Assembly: GCA_019244185.1 (NCBI GenBank)
Contig: JAFATB010000006.1
Coordinates: forward strand, 256,001 to 320,000
Reading direction: 5' to 3'
Source: Acidobacteriota bacterium
GTDB taxonomy: Bacteria; Acidobacteriota; Thermoanaerobaculia; Gp7-AA8
Length of the DNA: 64,000 nucleotides
The notes beneath the pieces were generated by a model. It made no database searches and was not told the DNA's origin. It saw only the letters and a list, made by a program, of their open reading frames with translations. A program made the position numbers and the translations under genes. The first letter of the stretch is position 1; every line of letters starts with the position of its first letter. Below are positions 21,821-34,081 of the stretch, piece by piece.

Positions 21821-23062
21821 ATGCAATCTTCACGCGCCGTTCCGTCGGCGCGCAACGTGATCGCGCTGGCGCTGTTCGCGCTCGCGCTGCACGCGGTCTA
21901 CTTCGTCGAAAGCAACCGCGACTTCTTCTATCCCGACTCCGCGACGTACCTCGCGCCCGCGAACGGCCTGCTGCACGGCCGCGGCTTCACCACCGACGGC
22001 CAGGCGGAGACGATGCGGACGCCTGGATATCCATGCATGCTCGTTCCGTTCCTGGCGCTGCACCTCGGCGCCGGCGCGATCGTCGCGTTCCAGCATCTGC
22101 TCGTCGTCCTGCTCGCGCTCGCGGTGTACGTCTTCGCCTTCCGCCGCATCGGCGCGCGGGCGTTGCTCGCGGCGCTCTTCGTCGCCTGCGACGTCCCGAC
22201 GATCCATCACGCGAACAAGGTGCTGACCGAGGTGCCGTTCACCGTCCTGCTGTTCATCGCGTTCGTGCTGCTCGTCGAACGCCGCGCGTGGAAGACGTGC
22301 GCACTGCTCTGCGGCGTGCTCGTGCTCGTGCGGCCGGTGGCGATCGCGTACGTGGTCGTCATCGCGATCGTCGCCGCCGTCGCGCGCGTGCCGCGCCGCA
22401 AGCTCGCCGCGATCGTCGCGCTCGCGCTCGTCCTCCCGCTCGCGTGGGCCGCGCGCAACGCGGCGCACACCGGCGTCTTCACGGTCGCATCCATCGCCGG
22501 CACGAACATGCTCATGTACCGCGCGGCCGGCGCGCTGGCGATCTTCGACGACGACGAATTCGACGATGCGCTGCGCGACCGGCAGGAGGAGCTCGAGGAG
22601 CTCGCGCAGAACGAGATCGAGGCGAAGTTCCACGCCGATCCCGGCGACCTGCCGCACGCGGTGATGGCGCGCGAGTACTCGCGCATCGGACGCCGCATCG
22701 TGCTGCAGCATCCGCTCGGCTTCGCACTGTCGACGCTGCGCGGCGCCGAGGTCGTGCTGTTCGACAGCGATCACGACGCGATCATGACCGTGAGCGCGGT
22801 CCCATCGACGATCCTCAATCCGCTGCTCGACGCGTTGACGATCGCGCTGCTGGTCTTCGCAGTCATCGGCACGTGCGCGCTGTGGAACCGCGACCGCGCG
22901 CTGGCGCTGCCGCTCGTGCTGACGATCGTCTACTTCGTCGCGATCTCCGCGGGCGCGGAGGCGGAAGCGCGCTTCCGCGTGCCGGTCGTGCCGCAGTTCG
23001 CGATCGCCGCGGCCGCGGGACTCGCCGCGGTGCGGCGCGCGATGAGGTCGACGGCGTCCTGA
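21821..23062 (+). CDS. Polytopic GT-C glycosyltransferase (ArnT/PMT-like)
   Basis: DSATY, RTPGYP, LTE.PF, LVRP and ARFRVP motifs among multiple TM helices. Confidence 0.7.
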   Translation: MQSSRAVPSARNVIALALFALALHAVYFVESNRDFFYPDSATYLAPANGLLHGRGFTTDGQAETMRTPGYPCMLVPFLALHLGAGAIVAFQHLLVVLLALAVYVFAFRRIGARALLAALFVACDVPTIHHANKVLTEVPFTVLLFIAFVLLVERRAWKTCALLCGVLVLVRPVAIAYVVVIAIVAAVARVPRRKLAAIVALALVLPLAWAARNAAHTGVFTVASIAGTNMLMYRAAGALAIFDDDEFDDALRDRQEELEELAQNEIEAKFHADPGDLPHAVMAREYSRIGRRIVLQHPLGFALSTLRGAEVVLFDSDHDAIMTVSAVPSTILNPLLDALTIALLVFAVIGTCALWNRDRALALPLVLTIVYFVAISAGAEAEARFRVPVVPQFAIAAAAGLAAVRRAMRSTAS

Positions 23063-23079
23063 TCTATCATCCGCGACCG

Positions 23080-24564
23080 ATGCCGTCGCAGATTTCGATC
23101 CGTCGTTGCGCGATCTCGGCCGGCGTCGCTCTGCTGATCCTGCTCATCCCCACGTCGCCCGACTTCACCGCGAACGTGCGCTTCACCGCGGCGACGGGCC
23201 TCTTCATGGCGCTGCTGTGGCTCACGGAAGCTGTTCCGATGGGACTCGCGGCACTCGTGCCGCTGGTCGCGTTTCCGCTCGCCGGCATCACGAGCACCGA
23301 GAAAATCGCGGCGCCGTACGCGAACTCCGCGGTGTTCCTGTTCATGGGCGGCTTCCTCGTCTCCGCGACGTTCGAACGCTGGGGACTGCACCGCCGCATG
23401 GCGTACTTTGCGCTGCGCCGCGTCGGCACCGAGCCGCGCCGCATCGTGTTCGCGGTGATCCTCGTGACGGCGTTCCTGTCGATGTGGATCTCGAACACCG
23501 CGACGACACTGATGATGACTCCCATCGCCGTCGCCATCGTCGGGGGCCTCGGCGCCACCGCGGCCGCGTCCGCGCTGCCCAACTCCTCCGCGCTCCGCAC
23601 CGCCGAAGCCACGCTCCTCGGCGTCGCCTACGCCGCCTCCCTCGGCGGCATCGGCACTCCCATCGGCACGCCGACGAATCTCGTGTTCCTCGGCGCCGCA
23701 CGCGAGCTCTTTCCGCACGCGCACACGGTGTCGTTCGCGGAGTGGATGGCCTTCGGCGTCGCGTACCTCATCCTGGCCGTACCGCTCTGCTGGCTGATCG
23801 TCGTCGTCACCGCGCGCGTTCCCAAAGGCGCCGCCGTGCCGCTCGAACAACTCGGCCTCACGAAGCCAGGCCCGATGTCGCGCGCCGAGAAAGTCGCGAT
23901 CGCGCTCTGCACCGCCACCGCGTTCCTCTGGATCTTCCGCGCCGACATCGTCCTCGGCTCGACGACCATCCCCGGCTGGTCGCGCGTCTTCCCTTCCGGA
24001 AAGCTGATCAACGACGCAACCGTCGCCATCGCGATGGCGATCCTCGCGTTCCTCATCCCGGTCTCGAAATCCGAGCGCCTCCTCGATTGGGAGGAGTTCA
24101 AGAAGATGCCGTGGGATGTGCTGATTCTCTTCGGCGGCGGCTTCGCCCTCGCCGACGCACTCGAGTCGAGCGGCTTCTCGAAATGGGCCGGCGCCCGCCT
24201 GTCCTTCGTCGGCAACTGGCCGCCGGTCCTGATGATCATCACGATCTGCATCGTGGTGACGCTGCTCTCCGAAGTCGCGTCGAACGTTGCCACCGCCACC
24301 GCGATGATGCCGATCGCCGCCGCCCTCGCGACGTCGATCCACGTGCACCCGTACTTTCTGATGATCCCCGCCGTGCTCGCCGCATCGTCCGGCTTCATGC
24401 TGCCCGTCGCCACCGCACCGAACACGATCGTCTACGGCACCGGCTTCATCCGCGTGAAGGCGATGGCCCGCAGCGGCCTCCTGCTCGATCTCGTCGCGAC
24501 AGCGATCATCACGCTGCTGATCTTCACGGTCATCCCGTGGGCGACAGGGATCGCGATGAGATGA
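23080..24564 (+). CDS. SLC13/DASS sodium:dicarboxylate or sulfate symporter
   Basis: WLTEAVP, LSMWISNTATTLMM, GTPIGTPTN, SEVASNVAT and FMLPVATAPN. Confidence 0.92.
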   Translation: MPSQISIRRCAISAGVALLILLIPTSPDFTANVRFTAATGLFMALLWLTEAVPMGLAALVPLVAFPLAGITSTEKIAAPYANSAVFLFMGGFLVSATFERWGLHRRMAYFALRRVGTEPRRIVFAVILVTAFLSMWISNTATTLMMTPIAVAIVGGLGATAAASALPNSSALRTAEATLLGVAYAASLGGIGTPIGTPTNLVFLGAARELFPHAHTVSFAEWMAFGVAYLILAVPLCWLIVVVTARVPKGAAVPLEQLGLTKPGPMSRAEKVAIALCTATAFLWIFRADIVLGSTTIPGWSRVFPSGKLINDATVAIAMAILAFLIPVSKSERLLDWEEFKKMPWDVLILFGGGFALADALESSGFSKWAGARLSFVGNWPPVLMIITICIVVTLLSEVASNVATATAMMPIAAALATSIHVHPYFLMIPAVLAASSGFMLPVATAPNTIVYGTGFIRVKAMARSGLLLDLVATAIITLLIFTVIPWATGIAMR

Positions 24565-24568
24565 CGAC

Positions 24569-24743
24569 CGGGGAACGACGAGAGGCCTCCGGCGGGCCGG
24601 CGCGGCCGGCGGCGCTAAGGGCTTAGCCAGTACGCACGTGCGGCTGCAGTCAACGTCGTTAACCGCGACCGCACATGCGTCTAGGCTAGGCCCTTAGCGC
24701 TGCCGGCCGCGCCGGCCCGCCGGAGGCCTCTCGTCGTTCCCCG
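24569..24743. repeat. 175-bp near-perfect palindrome (REPIN/MITE-like)
   Basis: The first 42 nt are exactly complementary to the last 42 nt, and pairing continues with mismatches to the centre. It fills the gap between convergent genes. Confidence 0.9.
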
Positions 24744-27386
24744 TCAGTGCCTCACCGCGCGTTGTCGCGCGGGCGGCGCGACGTCGCCGGATTGGTCGTG
24801 GGAGACGGTCACGGTGGCGGTGGACATCGACGTGTTCCCGGACGAATCGGTGGCTTCGACGACGATCGTGTAGATGCGATCGGGGCCGTCGCCGCGGCGT
24901 TCGGCGCGGAGGTTCACGGTGAGCGGGCCGGTGATCTGCCAGTCGGCGTCCGCGTCGGGATCGCTCACGAGCACGTCCACGATGTGCGCGGTCGGGGAAG
25001 AGTCGACCGTGTCGCTCATCGTGACGCTGACGGTCACCGCGACCAGCTGATGATTGGGCGGCCAGAGCACGCCGGGAGACGCGTGCACGTCCGCGATGGC
25101 GGGCGGCGTGGAGTCGACGACGTTCACGGTGAAGCTGCCGCTCGCGGTGATGCCATGCGAGTTCGTCGCGGAGCAGACGACGGAGATGGCGCCGAAGGGG
25201 AACATCGCGCCGGACGCGGGAGTGCAGGAGATGGGGATGACGCCATCGACGTCGTCGTGTGCGCTGGCGGTGTACGTCACGTGTGCGCCGGCGTTGCTTT
25301 CCGCTTCCACGGTCATGTTCGCGGGGAGTGTGAGCACGGGCGCGGGACCTTCGAGTTGCGTCACGCGGACGTAGAACGTGCCGGTGGCGCTCTTGCCGTG
25401 CGCGTTCGTCGCGGAGCAGGAGACCGGCGTCATGCCGATCGGGAAGAGCGAGCCGGATGGCGGCGTGCAGGTAACCGGGAGTGTGCCGTCGATCTCGTCG
25501 TGCGCGGTGGCGGTGAACGACACGTGTGCGCCTTCGCTCGATTCGGCGGCGGTGGTGATCGTCGCGGGGAGCTCGAGCACGGGCGCATGTACGCCGACGA
25601 AGACGTGGAACGTGCCGGTGGTCGTGTGGCCGAGGGAGTTGGTGGCGGAGCAGGAGACCGTCGTCGCGCCGGCGGGGAAGAGCGAGCCGGACGCCGGCGT
25701 GCAGGTGACGGCGACGTCGCCGTCGAGATCGTCGTGTGCGGTGGCGGTGAACGTCACGTGCGCGCCGTCGCCGTTCTCGGCGTCGACGCTGATGTCGTCG
25801 GGCAATGTGAGCACGGGGCGATCGGTGCGCGGCGTGACGGTGACGTGGAACGTGCCGGTGGTGGCCTTGTTGTGATTGTTGACCGCGGTGCAGGTGACGA
25901 GCGTCGTGCCGAGGGCGAAGAGCGAGCCGGACGAGGGCGAGCAGACGACGGGGACGGAGCCGTCGTGTTCATCGTGCGCGGTGGCGGTGAACGTCACGTG
26001 CGCGCCGTCGTCGTTCTCCGCTTCGACGGTGATGTCGTCGGGAAGCGTGAGCACCGGCGCGGGACCGCTCGACGCGACCACGGTGACGTGGAACGTGCCG
26101 GACGTGGAGATGTTGTGCGAGTTCGTCGCGGAGCAGGTGACGGTGGTCGTGCCGAGCGGGAAAAGCGAGTCGGACGGCGGCGTGCAGGTCACCGGCAGCT
26201 CGCCGTCGGCGTCGTCGTACGCGCTCGCGCTGAACGGCACGTACGCGCCGTCGTCGCTCTGCGCCTCGACGGTGATGTCCCACGGCAGCGCGAGGTGCGG
26301 ATGCGCGATCGTGCGCGGCGTGACGATGACGCGGAACGCGCCCGTGGTCGTGCGCTCCTGATCGTCGGTGGCGTGGCACTGCACGATCGTCGTGCCGGTC
26401 TGGAACCACGATGCGGACGGCGGCGTGCAGAAGACGAGCAGCGAGCGCTCGGCGTAGTCGATCGCGGTGGGCATGAACGTCACGAACGCGCTGCCGTCGG
26501 GCTCCGTGGCGCGCACTTCGATGTCGTCGGGCAACGAGAGTCGCGGACGCGTGTCGTCGAACACCGTGACGAGGAACGAGCCCTGCGCGGCGTTCGCGTG
26601 CGCGTCGCCGACGGAGCAGTAGACGCGCGTCGAGCCGATCGGGAAAAGCGCGCCCGAAGCGACCGAACACGAGACCATGAGCGGACCGTCGACGATGTCG
26701 ACGGCGGTGGCCGAGTACGTGACGTGCGTGCCGCTCTGCGATTCGGCCTGCACGGCGATGTCGTTCGGGATCGAAAGCGCGGGCGGCGTGTGATCGGTGA
26801 TCACGACCGGGAACTCGCCGGCCGACGCGCCGTTCTCGTCCGCGGCGTTGCAGCGCACGGTGGTGGTGCCGACGGGGAACTTCCCGCCCGACAGCGGCGT
26901 GCACGTCACGTCCGCCGCATCGCCGTTGGCGCTCGTGGCGCTCACCGCGTACGTCGCGATCGCGCCGTCGCGGTCCGTCGCTTCGACCTTGATCTCGTGC
27001 GGCAGGAAGAGGAACGGCCCCGCGCTGTGCGTGATCTCGAAATCGGCCGGCGCGGAGTCGCGTCCTTCCTCGCCGTCCGCCGGCAGGTTGTGCACCACCA
27101 CCGCGTAATGCCCGACCGTGCGCAGCACCTCGGGCGGCAGCCAGAAATCGAGCGCCGTCGACGACGCCGTATTTGGTTTGATATCCCACGATCCGATGGC
27201 GCCGGAGATCGTCACCGACGTGTTCGGCGAGCCGAGGAAGTCGCGGCCGGAGACGTGGAGAAACGCCTCCGCCATGCCGACGGTCATCTTCGCCGGCGAC
27301 AGCTCATCGATGTGCGGTGCGGGACGTTCGGCGAAAGCACGCGCGGCGGCGAGGAACGCGACGAGGCAAATCGCAATGCGGCGCAT
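24744..27386 (-). CDS. Secreted HYR-repeat protein (IPT/TIG-like N-terminal domain, 8 HYR repeats, WPPNH C-terminal domain)
   Basis: Signal peptide; repeated PVLTLPDDITVEA...GAHVTFTATAHD..DG..PVTCTP.SGSLFP.GTT.V.C.ATN; ends in PARQRAVRH. Confidence 0.88.
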   Translation of the reverse strand: MRRIAICLVAFLAAARAFAERPAPHIDELSPAKMTVGMAEAFLHVSGRDFLGSPNTSVTISGAIGSWDIKPNTASSTALDFWLPPEVLRTVGHYAVVVHNLPADGEEGRDSAPADFEITHSAGPFLFLPHEIKVEATDRDGAIATYAVSATSANGDAADVTCTPLSGGKFPVGTTTVRCNAADENGASAGEFPVVITDHTPPALSIPNDIAVQAESQSGTHVTYSATAVDIVDGPLMVSCSVASGALFPIGSTRVYCSVGDAHANAAQGSFLVTVFDDTRPRLSLPDDIEVRATEPDGSAFVTFMPTAIDYAERSLLVFCTPPSASWFQTGTTIVQCHATDDQERTTTGAFRVIVTPRTIAHPHLALPWDITVEAQSDDGAYVPFSASAYDDADGELPVTCTPPSDSLFPLGTTTVTCSATNSHNISTSGTFHVTVVASSGPAPVLTLPDDITVEAENDDGAHVTFTATAHDEHDGSVPVVCSPSSGSLFALGTTLVTCTAVNNHNKATTGTFHVTVTPRTDRPVLTLPDDISVDAENGDGAHVTFTATAHDDLDGDVAVTCTPASGSLFPAGATTVSCSATNSLGHTTTGTFHVFVGVHAPVLELPATITTAAESSEGAHVSFTATAHDEIDGTLPVTCTPPSGSLFPIGMTPVSCSATNAHGKSATGTFYVRVTQLEGPAPVLTLPANMTVEAESNAGAHVTYTASAHDDVDGVIPISCTPASGAMFPFGAISVVCSATNSHGITASGSFTVNVVDSTPPAIADVHASPGVLWPPNHQLVAVTVSVTMSDTVDSSPTAHIVDVLVSDPDADADWQITGPLTVNLRAERRGDGPDRIYTIVVEATDSSGNTSMSTATVTVSHDQSGDVAPPARQRAVRH

Positions 27387-27477
27387 GGATGCGAAGCGCT
27401 TTCACAACGCGTACCCGGCCTCCCGAAAGGCGGCTTTCCGGCCGTATGTCGATGTGGCTTCGTGCGAGAATCGGGCG

Positions 27478-27888
27478 ATGCGGAATCCGGCTGCCGTGCT
27501 CGCTCTCGCCGCCCTCTCCTGTACTGCCACGACGACGCCGCAACCATCGCCCGCAACCGCGGTTCCGGCGGAAACGACTCCTGTCGCGACGACGACGACC
27601 ACGTCCACCACGACGACGCCCGCGCCGTCGGCACCCGAGGTCGATCACGAGGGCGACTCACCGCAGTCGGCGGTGGCGGTGCCGAAGGATGCGCCGGACG
27701 GCGGCGTCAGGTTCGAGAACGAATGGATTTACGGGCGTTTCGGGCGCTTCCGGCGGCACGGCGGCGGGACGGGCGTGCTCGAGAATCGCCGCTACGACAT
27801 CGTCGACGTCGAGCTGGCGGACGGCACGCGGCACAAGGTCTACTTCGACATCACGGAAAACTGGAACGCCTGGCAGCCGCCGCAATGA
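27478..27888 (+). CDS. Putative lipoprotein with a Thr/Pro-rich linker and a small conserved domain
   Basis: Lipobox-like LAALSC, TTTTTSTTTT linker, then YDIVDV...G....YFDIT. Confidence 0.65.
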   Translation: MRNPAAVLALAALSCTATTTPQPSPATAVPAETTPVATTTTTSTTTTPAPSAPEVDHEGDSPQSAVAVPKDAPDGGVRFENEWIYGRFGRFRRHGGGTGVLENRRYDIVDVELADGTRHKVYFDITENWNAWQPPQ

Positions 27889-27916
27889 AAAACGCCGGCC
27901 TCGCGGCCGGCGTTTT
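27889..27916. terminator. Bidirectional intrinsic terminator
   Basis: AAAACGCCGGCC-TCGC-GGCCGGCGTTTT between convergent genes. Confidence 0.85.
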
Positions 27917-27938
27917 CCTGTCCACAACTCCGGGGGAA

Positions 27939-28817
27939 CTATTTGACGCAGGCGCGCGCGGAGTTCGAGTACTCCTGCTGGTACGCGTAGGTGCGGCCGT
28001 CCGGCTTCGACTCGGCGAAGAGGAAGGCCAGGTTCGTGCCCCAGGCGCACTTGTCGTCGGCTTCGTAGCCGGCGCGATCCCACCACGCGCTCAGCTGCGC
28101 GTCGGTCATCGCTTCGCGCGTCTCGTGGACGACGAAGTGTTCCTGGTTCTGGTAGTTCGTCCAGCCCGAGAGACCGGCGCAGGACGAGCAGCTCGGATAC
28201 GGCTGGATCGAGTACTTGATGCTGCTGCTGAGGTTCGCGCCGTCGCCGTTGCCGTGATAAGCGCAGTACTGCAGGTTCGTGCCGCCGCAGGAGGTCGCGC
28301 CGGTGCCGTCATCGGAGTAGTAGTTCTGCGGGATGAAGACCTCGTAGATCGTGTCGGTCTTGCAGCCGCCCGAGAGGGCCGCGCAGGAGCTGGCAACGCG
28401 CTGCTGGACCTGCGCGTCGGTGACACGGGACGCCGAAGGCGGCGTGGAGATGAAGACGTCGGGCTGCGTGCCCTTGAAGCCGGTCGAGCCGGTGCTGCGG
28501 TACTGGCTGAGCATACCGATGTGCGTGATCATGCCGTACTGGCTGTCGCGGAACGCGATCAGGTTGTTCACATACGCATCCGAGGTCGCGGCCGACGAGG
28601 CCCAGCCCCAGAAGATGAAGACGACCTTGGCGTTGGTCAGGACCTGGCCGCCGTGATCGACGAGCTGTCCCGAACCGCCGGGCGCTGCCCGCGCGGCATC
28701 CTTGTGGGCCATCTTGTGGACGCGCGGACGGAGTTCGCCGTTGTCGTTCGGGTTGCCGGCGAACGCCAACGTTGCTGCAAAGACAGAAGCAAGGGCGAGG
28801 ACGATCGTTTTCTTCAT
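27939..28817 (-). CDS. Secreted Phi-1/EXORDIUM-like protein
   Basis: Signal peptide MKKTIVLALASVFAATLAFA, then HGGQVL..VVFIFWG, YCAYH, HETREAMTD and E.DDKCAW. Confidence 0.7.
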   Translation of the reverse strand: MKKTIVLALASVFAATLAFAGNPNDNGELRPRVHKMAHKDAARAAPGGSGQLVDHGGQVLTNAKVVFIFWGWASSAATSDAYVNNLIAFRDSQYGMITHIGMLSQYRSTGSTGFKGTQPDVFISTPPSASRVTDAQVQQRVASSCAALSGGCKTDTIYEVFIPQNYYSDDGTGATSCGGTNLQYCAYHGNGDGANLSSSIKYSIQPYPSCSSCAGLSGWTNYQNQEHFVVHETREAMTDAQLSAWWDRAGYEADDKCAWGTNLAFLFAESKPDGRTYAYQQEYSNSARACVK

Positions 28818-28986
28818 GGTTGTCTTTTTTCTCCGGGTCCGTCTTAGTGCAAGCGGTGCCAAAGCGTCACGGAATCCGGCGATTTTCCGTTAAAGCAAAT
28901 GCTTGGATGCATTTATATCCATTCATCGACTTTCGGCCGGGGGAGCATAACTCGACCCTTCCGTCAGAAACTGACCCGGCTTTGGG

Positions 28987-31662
28987 TCAGGAGTCGCTCA
29001 AAAGCTGGTCCAGCTCGTCGCGCGTGAACTGCTTCACGAGCCCGGGGTCATCCGCGCGCACGAGATCGGACGCGAGCGCCGCCTTCCGCGCGATGAGCTC
29101 GTCGATGCGCTCCTCGACGGTGCCGCGCGTGATCAACTTGATGACCTGCACGCCTTTGTTCTGGCCGAGGCGGTGCACGCGGTCCGTCGCTTGATCCTCG
29201 CGGGCCTGGTTCCACCAGCGGTCGTAGTGGATGACGACGGAGGCGCTGGTGAGGTCGATGCCGAGGCCGCCCGCGCGGAGCGAGGCGGTGAACACGCGGC
29301 AGTCGGGATCGTCGCGGAACCGCGCGATCTCGTCGCCGCGCTCGCGCGTCGCGCCTTTGATCGATGCGTAGCCGATGTCGGCGCGGAAGAGATGCTCTTC
29401 GATGAGCGACAGCATCGAGAGGTACTGGCTGAACACGACGACCTTGAGACCGCTGGCGAGACATTCATCGAGCAGCTCGACGAACGTCTCCCACTTGCCC
29501 GACGAGACGTTCGCGCCGAAGCCGCCGCCGGCGGACGCGGGGTGATTGCAAATCTGCTTGAGGTAGTTCAGCGCGGCGAAGATGTGCACGTACGAGATCG
29601 GCCCGCCCGCGCGCAGCTGCGCGCGCAGCGGCTTCGCGCGCGCCTCGAGGACGCGCCGATACAGCGCGCGCTGTTCGCTGGTGAGCTCGCAGAAACGTTT
29701 GTCGACGAACTTGGGCGGGAGCTCGGTGAGCACCTGCGTCTTCGTGCGGCGCAGGACGAATGGGCGCGCCAGGCGCTGCAGCGTCTTGCGGTCGTCGACG
29801 TGCTTCGGCAGATAGCCGGGCACGACGAAGTCCAGCAGCGACTTCAGCTCGCCCTCGTGATTTTCGACCGGCGTGCCGGTGAGTCCGACGGCGATGCGTT
29901 TGTCGATCGCGCGCAGCGCGTGGTGCGTCGCGGTGTCGGCATTCTTGATGGTCTGCATTTCATCGAGGACGACAAGATCGAAGCGCTTGCCGCGGAACTG
30001 CTCGATGCGGCTGCGCACGATGCCGTACGACGTGACGGTGACCGGCGCGTCCGGCGCGTAGCGCGCGAGCTTCTCGCGCCAGTGGTCGAGGACCGACGTC
30101 GGACAGACGACGAGCACCTGCCGCGACGCGTCGCCGTGCGTGACCGCGCGGATGAGCGCCATGGCCTGGTGCGTCTTGCCGAGGCCCATGTCGTCGCAGA
30201 GCAGGCCGCCGAAGCCGTTCTGCTGCAGAAGCCACAGCCAGTGATAGCCGGTCTGTTGATATGCATATAAATCGAGGCCGAGCGCGGCAGGCGACGGCGC
30301 GGCCTCGTCGGTCTGCAGTTCGTCGAACATGCGGAAGACGCGCTCGCACGCGCGGTCGCCGCGGAAGACGGCCGTGCCGCGCAGCGAGCCGCGGATGCGC
30401 AGCAGCTCGAGCTTCGTGACCAGCACCTGTCCGCGCGGACCGAGCGTCGCGCCGTCGAGCCAGGCGAACTGCGGGTCGGTGACGTCGATCCAGATGTTGC
30501 CGCGAATGAGCGCGCGCACGCCGTCGCGCCGCGCCTTCGCCAGCTCGGCCGCGCGCACGTCGTGCTCGAAGCGGATGTCCACTTCGAGAAAGTCGCCCTG
30601 CGGCGCGGAGAACTCGAACACGACTTCGCCGTCGAGCCGCACCGGCTGCGCGTTGCGGATGGCGTCGGGCGCGAGCGTCTCCGGCATCCGCGCCAGCACG
30701 TGGCGGTGGCGTTCGACGAACGCGAATGCGTCCGCTTCCGCGATCACGGTCTCGCGCTCGTACGGCAGGCCGCCGCTCGCGCGGACTTCAAAGAGCGAAG
30801 CCTGCGACGCGTCGTTTCGCTCGATGAAGAGCGGCGGCGCGGGCGCGGGCGACGCGAAGCGGTTGCCGGTGAGGAACCAGCGCCCGAAGCGCGGCAGCGC
30901 GCCGCGATCGAAGACGACGCCGCCGCTGCCGAGAAGGACGGGCGAGAACCTCAGTGCCCGCTGACGCGTGATCTCGATCCGCAGCGACGGCGCCAGTGCA
31001 TGCGGTGCAAGTTCGAATCCGCCGTTGGCGACGATGTGCGGCGCCGCGGTGACGACGTGCTCGACCGCGGCGTCGGGCAGCGGCACCGCGTCTTCGCCGA
31101 TGCGCAGCCGCGCGTGTCCGTCGACGATCTCCAGCCGCGCGTCCGCGGCGCCGCGCAGGAAGAGCTCCTTGCTCCAGCGATACCACGGCGAGGCCTCGAA
31201 CTGCAGGCGCAGGCTCCCCGAGCCGCGGCGCAGAAGCTCCTGCTCCTGCTCGGTCAGCACGTACTTGCGCAGGAGTTGCTCGCGCGGATCGGTCTCGCGC
31301 GCGTCGATGGCGCGGCCGTCGCTGAACGCCTCGAATGCGACCGCGCGCCAGACGCTCGATTCGAACGCTTCCGACGGCAGCACGGTGTCGTCATCGCGCG
31401 TGACGTGCGCGACGAGCATCGCCAGATGCCGGCAGAGATCGCCCGCGCGCAGCGAGGCCGCGCACGTACAGCGCCACGACGCGACGCGCGATGGCTCGAG
31501 CACGACCAGCGGCGTGAACGTGCGCCGCTCGTTCTCCGTCACGTTCGCCGTGTACGCCGCGCGGAAAAACAGCGGCGAGCGGACGAGGAAACGCGACGCG
31601 TGCGCGGCGACGGTCTGCAGGGTGGACGCGGAGAACGCGGAGCGGTAGCGATCGGGGACCAT
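28987..31662 (-). CDS. SNF2-family helicase/ATPase with an N-terminal SWIM zinc finger
   Basis: CTC...CRH (SWIM), DDMGLGKT, LDEMQ, LTGTPVEN, VLRRTK, GGLGIDLT and QATDRVHRLGQ. Confidence 0.92.
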   Translation of the reverse strand: MVPDRYRSAFSASTLQTVAAHASRFLVRSPLFFRAAYTANVTENERRTFTPLVVLEPSRVASWRCTCAASLRAGDLCRHLAMLVAHVTRDDDTVLPSEAFESSVWRAVAFEAFSDGRAIDARETDPREQLLRKYVLTEQEQELLRRGSGSLRLQFEASPWYRWSKELFLRGAADARLEIVDGHARLRIGEDAVPLPDAAVEHVVTAAPHIVANGGFELAPHALAPSLRIEITRQRALRFSPVLLGSGGVVFDRGALPRFGRWFLTGNRFASPAPAPPLFIERNDASQASLFEVRASGGLPYERETVIAEADAFAFVERHRHVLARMPETLAPDAIRNAQPVRLDGEVVFEFSAPQGDFLEVDIRFEHDVRAAELAKARRDGVRALIRGNIWIDVTDPQFAWLDGATLGPRGQVLVTKLELLRIRGSLRGTAVFRGDRACERVFRMFDELQTDEAAPSPAALGLDLYAYQQTGYHWLWLLQQNGFGGLLCDDMGLGKTHQAMALIRAVTHGDASRQVLVVCPTSVLDHWREKLARYAPDAPVTVTSYGIVRSRIEQFRGKRFDLVVLDEMQTIKNADTATHHALRAIDKRIAVGLTGTPVENHEGELKSLLDFVVPGYLPKHVDDRKTLQRLARPFVLRRTKTQVLTELPPKFVDKRFCELTSEQRALYRRVLEARAKPLRAQLRAGGPISYVHIFAALNYLKQICNHPASAGGGFGANVSSGKWETFVELLDECLASGLKVVVFSQYLSMLSLIEEHLFRADIGYASIKGATRERGDEIARFRDDPDCRVFTASLRAGGLGIDLTSASVVIHYDRWWNQAREDQATDRVHRLGQNKGVQVIKLITRGTVEERIDELIARKAALASDLVRADDPGLVKQFTRDELDQLLSDS

Positions 31663-31670
31663 GGGGAGCG

Positions 31671-31712
31671 ATGAACGATGAACGATGAACGATGAGCGCT
31701 GAACGATGAAGG
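31671..31712. repeat. Heptamer tandem repeat (ATGAACG)6, imperfect
   Basis: atgaacg x3, atgagcg, ctgaacg and atgaagg lie in the kinase-SNF2 intergenic region. Confidence 0.85.
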
Positions 31713-31746
31713 ACGCGCGAGCGAACTTCAAGACTTGATCTTTTGC

Positions 31747-34068
<2,322 letters not shown>

Positions 34069-34081
34069 GAGAGCGTCGTCG

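Noticed and set aside
28848-28861. TGGCAC-CGC-TTGCA (minus strand) resembling a sigma54 promoter
   Set aside because: The GG-to-GC spacing is 8 nt rather than the required 10.
28818-28986. AT-rich intergenic region as a possible riboswitch or sRNA
   Set aside because: Only a short hairpin at the SNF2 stop is visible, and I recognised no riboswitch consensus.
31663-31731. N-terminal extension of SNF2 in the ORF track, and possible CRISPR-like repeats
   Set aside because: The extension is translated heptamer repeat. There are no spacers or cas genes, so it is not a CRISPR array.
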